Assembly (NCBI RefSeq): GCF_040938485.1
Contig: NW_027271758.1
Location: forward strand, 248,001-312,000
DNA length: 64,000 bases
Direction of reading: 5' to 3'
Source of the DNA: Diadema antillarum
Taxonomy: Eukaryota
Shown: positions 37,969 to 50,060 of the stretch, in pieces
How positions within the stretch are numbered: position 1 is the stretch's first letter
How the letters are laid out: each line of letters begins with the position of its first letter
Notes under the pieces: generated by a model
Databases searched by the model: none
What the model saw: only the letters and a program-made list of their open reading frames with translations
Told to the model about the DNA's origin: nothing
Program-made: the position numbers and the translations under genes

Positions 37969-38939
37969 AAATGAAATATCATGATATGTAAATTTTATTC
38001 AAAACGTGCAGTAATGAATTAATGCTGAGGAGAGAATGGGGGAAAAATCTTGGGCGTCTTTTCCCTTTTTATCCAGACTAATTTTACAGTGTAGAGCTCA
38101 TCTTCAATGAGTGATGTGCACGAAAGGCAAAAGAAACAAACCTGTCTAAATTCCAGATATTTTTGGGAGTTACCAATCACCTGTAGGCATCCGGTTACCA
38201 TGGTAACCATGCACAATATTATACCTTACAATGTGTCCCATTGTATTGCTGACATCTCTAGCAACATGCACATATATAGTTTTAAGGCGTTTCGATGAAT
38301 CCTTCGTGAAATAAATGCAAAAACTGTGATAATTTTGTCATTTTCAGTGCCCCAATAGCAACAAGCGTTACCGACCCTAGTCTTAATTTCTAGCTGTTTT
38401 TATTTCGCCTTTATTTCTCTGAGACACAGCTTGTGTATTGTGCAGAAGCCCGCTGTATTGCGCTTAGCCGAGTGAGGGTGCATGCTCAATGATTGCCACA
38501 AAAAAACGGTTCGGGCGTCACAATCGCTGGGTATGCACTCTCACTTGGCTTGCTTCAACTCGGAGAAATAAAGACGAAATAAACACGTCTGGAAACTACA
38601 CTACAGCTTAGCGTGAAAAGTTAGTTTGCAGGCAAAAACTGATGTTTGTCGCGGAAAAAGTCTTTGTACGCTAAGACTATAACACGCACCACTGGCATTG
38701 GCGCCTGTAGCAGTGCTAGTGGTACGTGTAGTAGTCTTAGTGTGCGCAGACGCTTCCTCGAAGAATATGGTCATGTCGCAAGTAAAATGGCCTGTAAAAT
38801 TTCATTGATACCACAATTTGATATCACATACTACCTAGGGGTGTTCCAGAGGGTCCAACCGACCACCCCATGCAGTCAAACCTTTTCTGCGGGGTGGGTT
38901 GAACGAAGTCATTTTTTCTGGGTCGCTGCGCCTGGACTA
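36454..38939. mobile_element. Non-autonomous Academ-type foldback element with about 780-bp TIRs in a CNOT10 intron
   Basis: Ends TAGTCAAGGCGC / GCGCCTGGACTA; 3-bp TSD ttt|...|ttt; 36490-37240 aligns as reverse complement to 38163-38915; AT-rich spacer with (TA)n. Confidence 0.85.
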
Positions 38940-39029
38940 TTTAAATAAGATGATTATTGTCTTTTAATTTTTTCAACTTTATTTGTCCTTTTTTTTTCTT
39001 CTTCTTTTTTTTTTATACTGAAGTCTAAC

Positions 39030-39172
39030 CTTGTCTCCAGACTCCTTCTTTGCCTCACTGCTCTGCATCAGTTTCTCTAGGTAGACCAGGGTGCCGTGGG
39101 CCTTGTCTGGTTGCTGGCTGATCAGGTAGCTCTCAATGAGGAGGAGGAGTATTCTCATGGCTAGCCACTCCT
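39030..39172 (-). CDS. CNOT10: CNOT10 coding exon 3
   Basis: EWLAMRILLLLIESYLISQQPDKAHGTLVYLEKLMQ vs human [35 protein letters not shown]; 143 nt. Confidence 0.93.
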
Positions 39173-39790
39173 CTGCAGAGGTAGGACAAAAACAGCGTCA
39201 TTGGACAAGGGATTCACTGGAAATAAGGAGGACGGTGCATTATTTTGAAGCAAGCCCAAATGAAACACACCAGCATATGAAATCTAACTATAAAGAGTCT
39301 AAATGCAAACACGTATATCTCCATTCTTATCAGTTTGAGATGTTTAGGACTAAATCTGCTGAATAACAAGGAAAATTATGTATGTGATAATTTCAATGCT
39401 ATCCTCAAAAATATTTCTTGTTATGGAGTGGGTGCAGTATCACAGAAAATATTCTATTTTTGTTAATTTGATGATGGCCTTACTTAAAAAAAAATGGAAA
39501 TGGTGTACATCAGTTTTCATATTCAAACTCATCACCTGTAGGAAATGCAATAGACAGAGAATATCAGAAAAATGTCATCAAAAAATGTGTGGTTTTTTTT
39601 TGTTTTTTTTTTGCATTGAAAGGATATGAAAGGAAAAAGCACTTCATTCAACTCATTTAAACATCTCCATGTTCACTGATATGCCTAAGTATTGTAGTCA
39701 CTTACCCTGTTATACATCATAAATAGAACCGTTTTGATGACACTGCTGCAAATGTGATGATATGATCAACAAATTTCTTGAATTTTAACA

Positions 39791-40594
39791 TACCGTATTC
39801 GCTGGCGATAAGGCTGCCGCGCCGGGTAAGCCGCATCCCGACTTTGGTGGTAAAAAAACAGAAAAAAATGTAAAACATCTAAGGGATTTGTTCTGATCAA
39901 CTTTAAAACTTTAGTACTTTTCCACATTAATTTTGTTAAGGAACTTTATTTCTACATGTTTTCAAGTGATTCTTAACAATAATTTATGTTTGTTTTATCA
40001 TACATGTGTAAGCTTTGCCGGTTGATGCAAACTGCGTGTCAGGATTTCGAATGATTTTTCTGTGTGTAGGAACCTCATGCGAAGAATGACTGAGTGTGAA
40101 TACACTCACATGCATTATTCAATAGCCGAGTACCGGCGTGTCTTCATTCACACACACTGTAGGCCTACTATTCAATAGTCGAATACAGCATGAGATAGTG
40201 CTACTGATGTGTGCAGGATTGCAGTCGCCGCTACACCAACTTGCAATCGCGCTGTGCTTTCTTTTTTAGACTTTTTAAAAAATGTCCTCAGAATCGGCAC
40301 CAGTGCTAGTATAAGTAGGTCATGGAAAACAACAACAACAACAACACACAAACATGTTGTCACTTGATTGCAGAACATAGCATTGTCTGTAAGACTGATT
40401 AATTCAGTGGCTGATATCGCATTGCTCATTGGCATATTGCATAGTCAAATACATGATTATGCATGTTGGTTAGGCAGGTGATATCAGAGTTGGAAAGAAA
40501 ATAATTTGCTTGTGCTGGCATACAGGACGCACCCCGAATTTACTGCTTTATTCTTGCTAAAAATAGCGCGGCCTTATCGCCGGTGAATACAGTA
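39791..40594. mobile_element. Tigger/pogo-type non-autonomous element
   Basis: taccgtattcgctggcgataaggc ... gccttatcgccggtgaatacagta TIRs with TA ends. Confidence 0.75.
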
Positions 40595-41043
40595 TGTGAC
40601 TTCTTGACGCTCATCAAACTTTTTCCAATTATTATTTTTTGCTGTGTTATTCGATCAACTCATACTGAGGACTGAAAGTTTGCATTATTACACAAAGAGC
40701 TAATTTCAAGATTTGATGTGTGCTCTGGCTTCGATTTTATCGCAGTTTGACAGATGTAATATGAAAAACTTTTTCCATTCCCCCACATACTAAGTCATAT
40801 ACTATCAAGAGACATCCAATATCTGTTACATTTTGGTGTAATATTACACTTCAAAGGTGACCCAATGTCAAATATCAGGGGCTTTGGCTCTTTATCTTAT
40901 CAAACAGTTTTACCACATGCTAACATAAACTCTCACATTTCCTGTTGGGACATTTCCTGTTTTGATGTGTTGCGATCTAACCTTTTACTCCGGTGGTGAA
41001 CTCTTGTGCACTGCTTTTCTGGTTTCAAGACATCTATGCATGT

Positions 41044-41074
<31 letters not shown>

Positions 41075-41102
41075 AATACATGGCTCAAACTACAGGGCTC
41101 AC

Positions 41103-41253
41103 CCAGGGGTTCGATGACCTGGAAGAGCTTCTCCAAGATGCGGATCGCCTGGTGGTGTTGTCGTAGATGATGGAGGAGGACAGCGTTGTTGAAGAAAAAG
41201 ATGGCCTGGTCTGCATCCTCTAGTGTCTCAATCTGTTCCAGGTCAATATGAAC
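41103..41253 (-). CDS. CNOT10: CNOT10 coding exon 2
   Basis: VHIDLEQIETLEDADQAIFFFNNAVLLHHLRQHHQAIRILEKLFQVIEPL vs human [50 protein letters not shown]; 151 nt. Confidence 0.95.
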
Positions 41254-42242
41254 CTTTGGTGAAGAAAAAAAAAGAAAGAAAGAAAGGAAACGTCAAGTAC
41301 ACAAAAGATCTAATAATCTAATTACTGATGTGACATACCAATATAGGCACATCCTTCTGACTTGACAGAAGTTTGCCAGTGAGCTTTGGCATCAATACCA
41401 TATTAATGAATTGAAGGTCAAAGGTTTTTTTCTTCTTCTTCTTCTTTCCTGATAAAAGGGGTTCTTTTTTTTTCTTTCCAACTCTATTAGTCCTATAAAC
41501 ATGAAGAAAATTAATTGACACAGAATACATAACTGTGACATTTGACTGGGTAGGCAATACTGTTGAATATAAAGTGTGTGACATACAGGCCTATTCTTGT
41601 TGGCCTGTAGAGAGCCTGAAAGAATCACTGACCAATCAAATTTCTCAACCCTCTTTCATTCTCCCCTAGCCCCCCCCCCCCCCCAAAAAAAAAAAGAAAA
41701 GAAAAGAAGAAAAGTTGAATAAAAGTAACACTGATCAGAGACATATTTATTTTGCTTAACATTCACTACTTTTACCGAAATGTTCACTTGAAACAAGCTA
41801 ATGCATATTCATGGTGACTTTTCCTGTGGCTCATTAAAATGAAGGGGAAAACAGTTTACTACAGCTCTGAAATTTTGCTTCCTGCTTCATCCCCTTTGGT
41901 TATCAGAGCTGGTAACCCACTAATGGAACATTCTATGAACATCCCAAAGTTGATGGATGTACTAGTATTACAGTATTTAACATAAATGGTTTGAATAAAA
42001 AAAAAAGATAAAACAATATTTTACAGTGTCTTGTAAATCAAACTACTTAAAGCTAAATGCTTATACTCCTCACACACTTACAGAAAAGTTTACTACAGAT
42101 TTCATTTGGAGTAACTAAAATCTTTGTCACTGTTGTTGTTGTTTAGTTCAAGCGACACACATCTATTTAAAATCTTCTACAGCTTAGAAGGGTGAGATGC
42201 TGCCTCTAACAGTTAAGGTTCATAACAAGGCCAGAATTTTAC

Positions 42243-42536
42243 CTGGTTACACACTTGGCCAAGGCGGCGTCTGAAGTCATCCACATTTCGGCATCCAGAC
42301 TGGTAGAAGAGGGCGACAGCAAGGTTGTGCTGGACCTTGGGGTCTGTCGGACGCATGGATGCCAGTTTGCGAGCCTGCTCCACACACCCATTGTAGTTGC
42401 CTGCCTCAAAGTGGCTGTGGGCTGCTGTGGCCACCTCCTTCTCCTCAGCAGTAATGGCTGGGATGGACAGTGGTGAAGGCGACTCTGATCGCTTGTTGCT
42501 AGCATCCTGTTGATCGCGGGATTCCTTGTCTGCCAT
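42243..42536 (-). CDS. CNOT10: CNOT10 coding exon 1 (exon starts at 42560 after a cccAG acceptor)
   Basis: MADKES...ITAEEKEVATAAHSHFEAGNYNGC...NLAVALFYQS...LGQVCNQ vs human [24 protein letters not shown]; 294 nt, GT donor. Confidence 0.95.
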
Positions 42537-43137
42537 TGTTTACTTGGAAAAAAAAATGTCCTGGGCAAGAGAAAACAACAGGAATATTCATACAGGCATT
42601 TTGCTGTTCGCACACAGATTTGGAGTATTAAATGCAAAAAAAAAAAAGTAAAACTTTCCCACAATTTCACATTGGTCTAAAACATGTCATAAATGCAAAT
42701 TGAATGTACACAAAGAGTAAATACATGTCATGTAGATAACACCAGTTTAGGGATTTATAATGCTTTGGCACCTCTGGAGCAAAGGCACAACCTTTCTTTC
42801 AAAACATACAGCTGTACAAGCACAGTCGGGGAAGCCTATTAGTAACTTTCCCTTCAATTGACAACATCCAATGCAATGCAGGTTTTCTATCTCTATTCTT
42901 ATATCAAACCTTACATCTTAACCCTAATGTTAAAATAAATATTTAACTAACCTTTTAATCTTATATTTTTTTTTGAACATATGTGCAACTACAGGGCTGC
43001 ACACTAACCCATTTTTCTACTGGTCTGACAAGTCCCTGTCCCTGCCAGGGGGCAGTACTTGGCCCCCTGATGTTCTTACTCTACATCAATAACATAGGCG
43101 AACATAGGCGATAGGTGACCTGTCAGTCATAGACATA

Positions 43138-43760
43138 TACACCTACTTGGGGATATTTTGCTCTCCAATGATACGTGATGGAACCATCACATCAGCCATG
43201 TTGTTAAGGATCGATTCATATAAAAACCTGTCAGAGTGTGACTCCCTGCTGTGAAGACAGCTGCCTACACTACACAGTCCTCATCCATTCCAATTTCCAT
43301 GCTTGAATATGCTGTATCCATATGGACCTGCACCAATCCAACTTCATATATACAGAGACTCCAACCCAAAGTACCTTCTGATCTGGAGATTCTCCCGCCT
43401 GAAACCCCGAGCAAACGGGAGACTCAAAGTTGATGTGTGCGAAGCGCGAAATTCCCAGGGTTCTAGATGCTCTCTGGTGCTATCTAAGGCTTATTTTTTC
43501 AACATACGATAGAAATATGTAAGAAATCCTTTCCAACGGGAGACAAAGAGCCAGGGCGGGAGAAATTAAATCTCAAACGGGAGAACGGGAGATTTTGCAA
43601 AAATGGGTTTTCGGCGGGAGATCTCCCGTCGAAAACGGGAGAGTTGGAGTCTCTGTATATAGCTACCTGATAGCTACGCTCAAAATGGCTCAGAGGCGAG
43701 CAGCACGTATGGTCTACCAGTGACTACATGTAACCCCCGCATCACAAATGTAAGCCTATT
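43138..43760 (+). mobile_element. Degenerate CR1/L2-group LINE ORF2 fragment, split by a MITE
   Basis: YTYLGI / LSND.*WNHHISHVVK / KNLSEC / VKTAAYTT / MLEYAVSIW, then after the MITE AQRRAARMV. Confidence 0.72.
43353..43655 (+). mobile_element. hAT-like MITE, copy 2, 6-bp TSD
   Basis: Highly similar to 29650-29955; flanks tatata|CAGAG...CTCTG|tatata. Confidence 0.85.
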
Positions 43761-44916
43761 CTTTATAACATTAACAATTTGAACTTCCCTGGATTGCCCC
43801 CCCCCCCAAAAAAAAAAACAACAACAAACAAACAAAGAAGGAAAATAAGCAGGCTGTCTCAGTTCTAATAATGCACTCCAACAGGAAGCTGCACTGTATG
43901 CCACCCTACAAATGCGTCGATATGTGAACAGTGAAACACCCAAGAAAAAAGAGACTTGGATCAATATGTGCACCCCCTTTCAATAGCGATGCTGAATGAA
44001 AGGCTGAATAGTTTTCTCCCTTGCTTGAACTATGACTAAGACAGACTGGAACTGCCTACCCTATATACCCCAGGCCCCCTGGCCCTGAAAACAAAAACAT
44101 AATCACAACTCTCTAATGGAGTAATGTTACTGTAAAAGTGGAAATTTTTGTGGTGTTGAAATTTTCGCGCATTTCGTGCAACCAGAAACTAGCACGAAAA
44201 TAAAAGCATGTGAATATTTTTGCTTGCCGTATGTTCCTGTAGAGAGTGTCTTGATTCCGTGGAATTAAAAACAAGCGAAACTCTTCTCACCCGGCCAAGC
44301 GCGTATAGTCTCGCGAAAATATCTACTTTTAGTAGTAGTCTACATAACTTTTATAGCTTTCGTAACACAACTGGAGCATACATGTAATTTATAAACACCT
44401 GAACACTGTACACTCTGTACAGAATTGCACATCGTCATCAAGCATCGCAAGTCAACGCAACTCTCTCCTCTCCTCAGCTCTGGAAGATAAACTGTGATGT
44501 GAGTGTGGTCATCATTCATGATCATCGATGTCCAAGATTTCATTCAGAGATTCAGAAATAATGTACGTCTATTATTGTATACTATATCGCAATGAATGTC
44601 AAACAAACATCACTGGCATTGTATCTCGCTCTCTCTTGGTCAAACACCATCATAAACCATGCTGTAGTAGCTGTAGCTAGTTGTAGCTATGCGGGGCCGG
44701 GCGGGAGCACACGTCAACTTGCACACTATCATTTTCATCGCAGTCCCACATACCCCATTACACGTCATGCTCAATCAATGGAGGAGAATGAGGAGAGAAT
44801 CATCGCATAAGTAGATGTTCGAGTTTCAGTAATCAAAAATAAGCAATATCACTTAATGTACGATTAAACCCAGGTAAATATGAACATTTAGTAGTAACCA
44901 TCATATGTATACTTAC

Positions 44917-45150
44917 GAAGTTACCACACCACCTTCTGTTCTTTCTAAAGCGCGACTTTTATGTCGAGCGAAGAATATTGCGCGCTGCGATGTGGATGTG
45001 CGCACGTGTGTAGCTAGTACTGTGCAAGGAGCAATGCATTGGGCGTGCACACACCCAACCAAATTTTGACACCTTTCGGCCGTGTGCGGTGCAGAGCACC
45101 CGCCGCGCCCGCCGTATACAACAACCGCTTCTTCCTGGATCGCCGCGCAC
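44917..45150 (-). promoter_or_regulatory. Probable non-coding first exon / promoter island of CNOT10 (5' boundary approximate)
   Basis: GTAAGT donor on - strand at 44916-44911, CpG-rich island, adjacent (GA)n; the ATG exon has an upstream acceptor, so a 5' UTR exon is required. Confidence 0.5.
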
Positions 45151-47720
45151 AGACCAATTACGAGAGAGAGAGAGAGAGGAGAGAGAGGGAGAGACAAAAG
45201 AAAAGAAGGAAAAAGCGACAACAACAGGAAAAAAGCTATCAAGCAGAAAAACTGAATTTGCTCAAGAATCAAACCCCGAGAGAGATTTACAGAAACGATC
45301 GACTTCTCATATACTGAGTAGTATTGGTTGACGTGAAAACACAGCTTTTAACTTTTTGCGAGATACTTAGAAACCACTTTATAGAAAAAGTTAAAAAGCA
45401 CACAATCCATTTAGGAGAAATTCAAAGTTTATTTGCTGAAAATTGGTTTTGAAATGGCTGAGATAACCGAAACAAAGTAAAGCAAAGCACTCATAATAAA
45501 AGGTGGGTCCCACCTTCTATTAGGATCATTTTGTTTTGCATATCTCAGTCATTTCATAACCAATATTCATTTAATAAATTTTGAATTCCTCTTAGTCTTG
45601 GAATTATATATTATGCTCTTCAATATTGCATAAGAAGTTTCCTCATTATCTTCAAAAAATGTAAAAATCATCATTAAAAAAAAAGCATTGGGAAACCTCA
45701 ATTCCCATCTCATTAATTTCAACACATTTATTATCTAATGAATCAGGTGGAACGGAAGGGAGAAGCTGCTGCACCCCCCCCCCCAATTCAATTTCAATTT
45801 TAGTTTGGTATTTCTCGATGGAAAATGCATTAGATATTTTAAGAAATCGTGGAAAAGTGAAAAAAAATCGAAAATAGTCTTTAAAAAAATTAAACAAAAC
45901 AATTGAGATCAGATATGATAATTATGACGTTGCGAAGATTCTGACCTTACATTCTTCCCGTCTAATTGGGGAGGGGTATAGTCATTGACCCTTGATGGGG
46001 TGAGTCCTCCCCTAAAAATAAACAAACAAAAACAACCCCACAAACAAACAGACAAACAAACAAACAAAAAACAAAACAAAATTCCAATGCCCCAACCCCT
46101 GCTAATACATTAGCGATATAAAAATGAATAAAAATGAATACATGATGATGATGATCGTGAGAGCATAACATGATATACATAATAGGCGAAACTAATGAAC
46201 TGCAGACGGGACAAAATCTCCAAATAGTTTGGAAGTATGTATACGGTGTATAGCATCTAATGTTCCAAGTGGTTAAATGGTTAATGAGAAAGCAAAGAAA
46301 CTAAAGAGAAGGAGAAAAAACCTATTAGTTACTTGATAAATTTTGCGTGAATGAGCGCGACATATAAAAGCCTTGTCATTTCATTTGCAATCTGCCTAAG
46401 TCACTTTGTCTTGATAGGCCTATAAATGCGAACAAGACGAAAATTCAAGATGTATTCAAAGCAAACTTTTATGATATGATATCGAGATCCCTTTTAGACA
46501 CTCCCATTATATCCATTATATACTATTTATCATGCAAATATCATACATGCATGTACTGATCTGTCTGAGAAAAATCCTGGAAATTCAGTACTTTTAATGT
46601 GTTCAAAGAAAGCAACCCCAAAGCAACACATATTTTCGTTGTCATTTCAAACCCCGCTAAGCACTTATCTAATGTTGTTGTTTACTAAGTATTTAAGAAT
46701 TATGATGATTGTACATTAGCGGGTGATGATGCCAATTAACATTATATGTAGTTCATAAAAATCGTCCTGATTTTTTATTATTGTTGTGTATAAAGATTTT
46801 TTTTTTTCAGTTCCAGTATTAAATGATAAGACTTATATGATTATCTGTATATTATAGCTTCGTGATAGTTTCCAGCGGTGAAGTCCAAGACAATAGGCCC
46901 GACCAAGTGATTATAACTCTCTTCACGGATGGTGGACATAAACGGAAATTTGTGCACTATGATCCTCCCTATTATAGTTCCTGATGATATAATATATTAC
47001 TTTTATATGTTCCCTTATTAGTGCCTGCAGACTTGTCCCTAGAATTCAAGGGAGGTTTTTCATTTTTTTTTGTGATAAAATATTGATAATCATTGATTAT
47101 TGCAGTTTCTAAAAAAGAAACAAAAATGCAGATCTCTCATACAATTGGGATTATGACTGTATATTACATGTCGATAGGCCCCCTTCGTAGGAAAACAAAT
47201 TTCGATTCCAAAACTCGTGAACTCTATTCTTTTTTATTTGAGATATTTGCAATTGAACCTGCTTAAAAAATAAAAAACAGTGAAAATTATAGGAAAATAT
47301 GCGATTCATATTATATGATAACTTGAAATTTTCCTCAACGTTATATAACTATAATGCGGTATCAAAAGCCTATTTTGCTTTATTTGTGATGGTGGACTTA
47401 TTGAATGTTTAAGAATGCAACATTCTACGCTTTGTAAAACGTTTTTTTTTTTGCAATCAACCTTTGACTCTAATTAATGTCCATTCGTCCCTGTAATAGC
47501 CTATGTGGCGGTGACATCATCATGCACCTCGTTGTACTCATGCACGACCTTTCTGCGTGAACATTGGCGATTTGAAAACTATCAAAACAGTTTTTTTTTC
47601 TGTGAATGATATAGAAAACATGTTTGATAAAAACATAGTGATAGGCGTATCTAAAATTAACACTTTCACACCAAGATTTAGCGAAGATTTGTGTCATAGT
47701 AGATGATTATAGGGCCTATA

Positions 47721-47994
47721 CAGGGGCGGCGCAGCCGTGGGGGCCGTGCACTTTTTGTGCACTATACAAAGGAATACATAAGGTGTCATAGCTGAAGAAA
47801 CCCGGAAGTGGACGGGGAGAGACGAGCTGAGGACCTTTTTTTTTTTTTTGCTTGTCAGCTGAAGAAACCCGGAAGTGGACGGGGACGGGGAGAAATGAGC
47901 TGAGGACCATTTTTTTTTTTTTTTTTTTTGGCTTGTTTGCTCATGAAACCCGGAAGTGGGCCCCCACACTTTTGAAAACACTGCGCCGGCCCAG
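47721..47994. mobile_element. GC-ended MITE (CAGGGGCGGCGCAG / CTGCGCCGGCCCAG) with three internal gaaacccggaagtgg repeats
   Basis: Terminal inverted repeats; CCGGAAGT at 47802, 47869 and 47950. Confidence 0.65.
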
Positions 47995-48375
47995 AGTAAA
48001 ACATGGGTATGGTGATCGTGCTTTTTCCGTTATGGGACCAAAATTGTAGAATCAGTTACCTCTTCAGTTAAGGGAACTGTCATCGAAAGAGTCATTCAAA
48101 TCCAAACTTAAAACTTATCTGTTCCTTTCATACTGAGGACTGTAATTGCTGTATGTCATTAATATTGGATCAATATTGTATTTTTAATTGGTATATGTTG
48201 TATTCTTTATTTGGTATATATTTGTTTTTGTTTACCATTTTCTTATTTGTTGAAATGTTTGAATATGTATATGCATGTAAATATATATTTTTTTCATTTT
48301 TGAAGCGCCATGAGCACTGAAAAGTGGACATGTGCGCTATACAAGTAGCCACTATTATTATTACTATTATTATTA

Positions 48376-48428
<53 letters not shown>

Positions 48429-48438
48429 CATTATTATA
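47990..48438 (+). mobile_element. 3' end of L2 LINE with (TAT)n tail
   Basis: PRVKHGYGDRAFSVMGPKL*NQLPLQLRELSSKESFKSKLKTYLF, then gcgccatgagcac...gcgctatacaag and (tat)n. Confidence 0.85.
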
Positions 48439-48536
48439 TACCGTCGTCCCCTGATCCAGGAGGTCTAATCATGAACGATTGCGAGGTATGATGATTATTT
48501 GATACCGGACAGTGGAACAGTAGAAGAACTATACAA

Positions 48537-48610
48537 GAGGAGGAGGAGGAGGAGGAGGAGGAGGAGGCGGAGGAGGAGGAGAAAAAGAAGAAGAAGAAGA
48601 AGAAGAAGAA
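48537..48610 (+). repeat. (GAG)n(AAG)n compound microsatellite; other SSRs at 2000-2016 (CT), 9958-10010 (AAAC), 15900-15985 (AAAAC), 37929-37962 (TA), 41045-41074 (TG), 45162-45195 (GA)
   Basis: Direct reading. Confidence 0.95.
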
Positions 48611-49076
48611 AAGTTCCGTGGCCCCTGACAGTTCAGTATTCAAAGTAGAAAGTAAACAATCAAGAGTGGTTCAAAATTATGAATCGTATTAATTCGTTGT
48701 CAATTATGTAGTATGTACCCTCATCAATTAAATTAGTGTAAACAAACCATCTATAGCTGTTTGATATTTCAACGTCTTCTAGAGTGAGATTGCGTCATAT
48801 ATTCCTTCAGGATGGAAACTAGACGCAAAAGAAAACGGCATCGTCATTGTTGGATCAGTGTGTGGTTTTTTGTCGGAATCGACGCAGGCGAGAACAATCA
48901 GTATTTGGTGCTTTTAGGACCACCATTGGGCTATAGATGTCCAGAAAGTGCACGTTAAGATATACGGCGAAAGCTGCTTTATGAACCAAATTTGCTTATT
49001 ATACGGATGGAATACGCGAATTTGCACACACAGTACAGTGCGTGTAGGCCGTACAAAAAAATCCCCTTCTTATACT

Positions 49077-49200
49077 AGGTTCCTGGACAACTCGACCGCG
49101 GGATAAGTCGTCCCTGGACAACTCGTCCCTACCCCTGGACAGCTCGACCGGGTCGAGCTGTCCAGGGTCGGGTTTGCGATTGGACAACTCGACCCGACTT
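49077..49200. repeat. GGACA(A/G)CTCG(A/T)CC repeat cluster with a perfect 17-bp-arm palindrome
   Basis: ccctggacagctcgacc-g-ggtcgagctgtccaggg at 49133-49167 plus three further motif copies. Confidence 0.85.
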
Positions 49201-49409
49201 ATTTTGTTGCATTTTTCTTCGTGAAATCAATGATTTTAGTCGTGTCCATGCTTTGATTGAGAGGAGTGATATGTGAAAAAGTGTTTTAGTGAATTCATAC
49301 AACATTTTCTCGATTTTTCTGCTAATACGGGGCAATAAATTTACGGTATTTTTCCAGTTGCGAAAATCTCGGTTACCAAGCTTTTTATCGTGGTGACAGC
49401 CAGTACGAA

Positions 49410-50060
49410 GTGATCAATCTGTTTGGAAATCTCCGTCAAATGATGAGAAAAGATGAGCAAAAGTTGATTTTCATGGTAGATACGCATTTATTCTACCCTC
49501 GGAGACATTTTCATATGCAGCAAAACCGTTTTAGTGACAAAAAAATGAACAAAATCCTTGCCTGTCGAGTCGCCTTAGCTCGTGATCGTACGTACGTACG
49601 TCGCGCGGTGGGCGGGTGGAGCTGCACTTCGTCCGAGGCCTCAAACCAGTGCCACATGCGCCGGCGCGCTCCCCGGCCCCGTGCGTAACCACGTAGAATT
49701 GAGTTAAAAGAGCAACACACGTGCACTCGATCAATTTGTTTCGAAATTTTCCGTCAAACAATGAGAAAGATCAGCATAAGTTAATTTTCGAAGTAGATAC
49801 ACATTTCTCCTACCCTTGGCGACATTTTGGTATGCAGTAAAACAGTTTTAGTAACAAAAAATGAACAAAATCCATGCCTGTCGAGTCACCGTCGTCGCAC
49901 GCAGCTGTGAGCGGTTCACTCCGCAGCCGGGTCGGCACGTCACATGTGGTGGGCAGGTACAGGTGGAGGCCTCAAGCCTGTGCCACATGCGCCGGGGCGC
50001 TCCCCGTGCGGAACGAACCAACCTCGAACTGAGACAAGTTGAAGAGCGACACACTCGGCA
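49410..50060 (+). repeat. Two diverged tandem units of about 320 bp
   Basis: Both units contain gatcaat.tgttt.gaaat.t.ccgtcaaa, aaaatgaacaaaatcc.tgcctgtcgagtc and gtgccacatgcgccgg.gcgctcccc in the same order. Confidence 0.85.

Noticed and set aside
1-45150. Dynein subunit gene near CNOT10 as conserved synteny with human 3p22
   Set aside because: The human neighbour is DYNC1LI1 (light intermediate chain), a different gene family from roadblock; likely coincidence.
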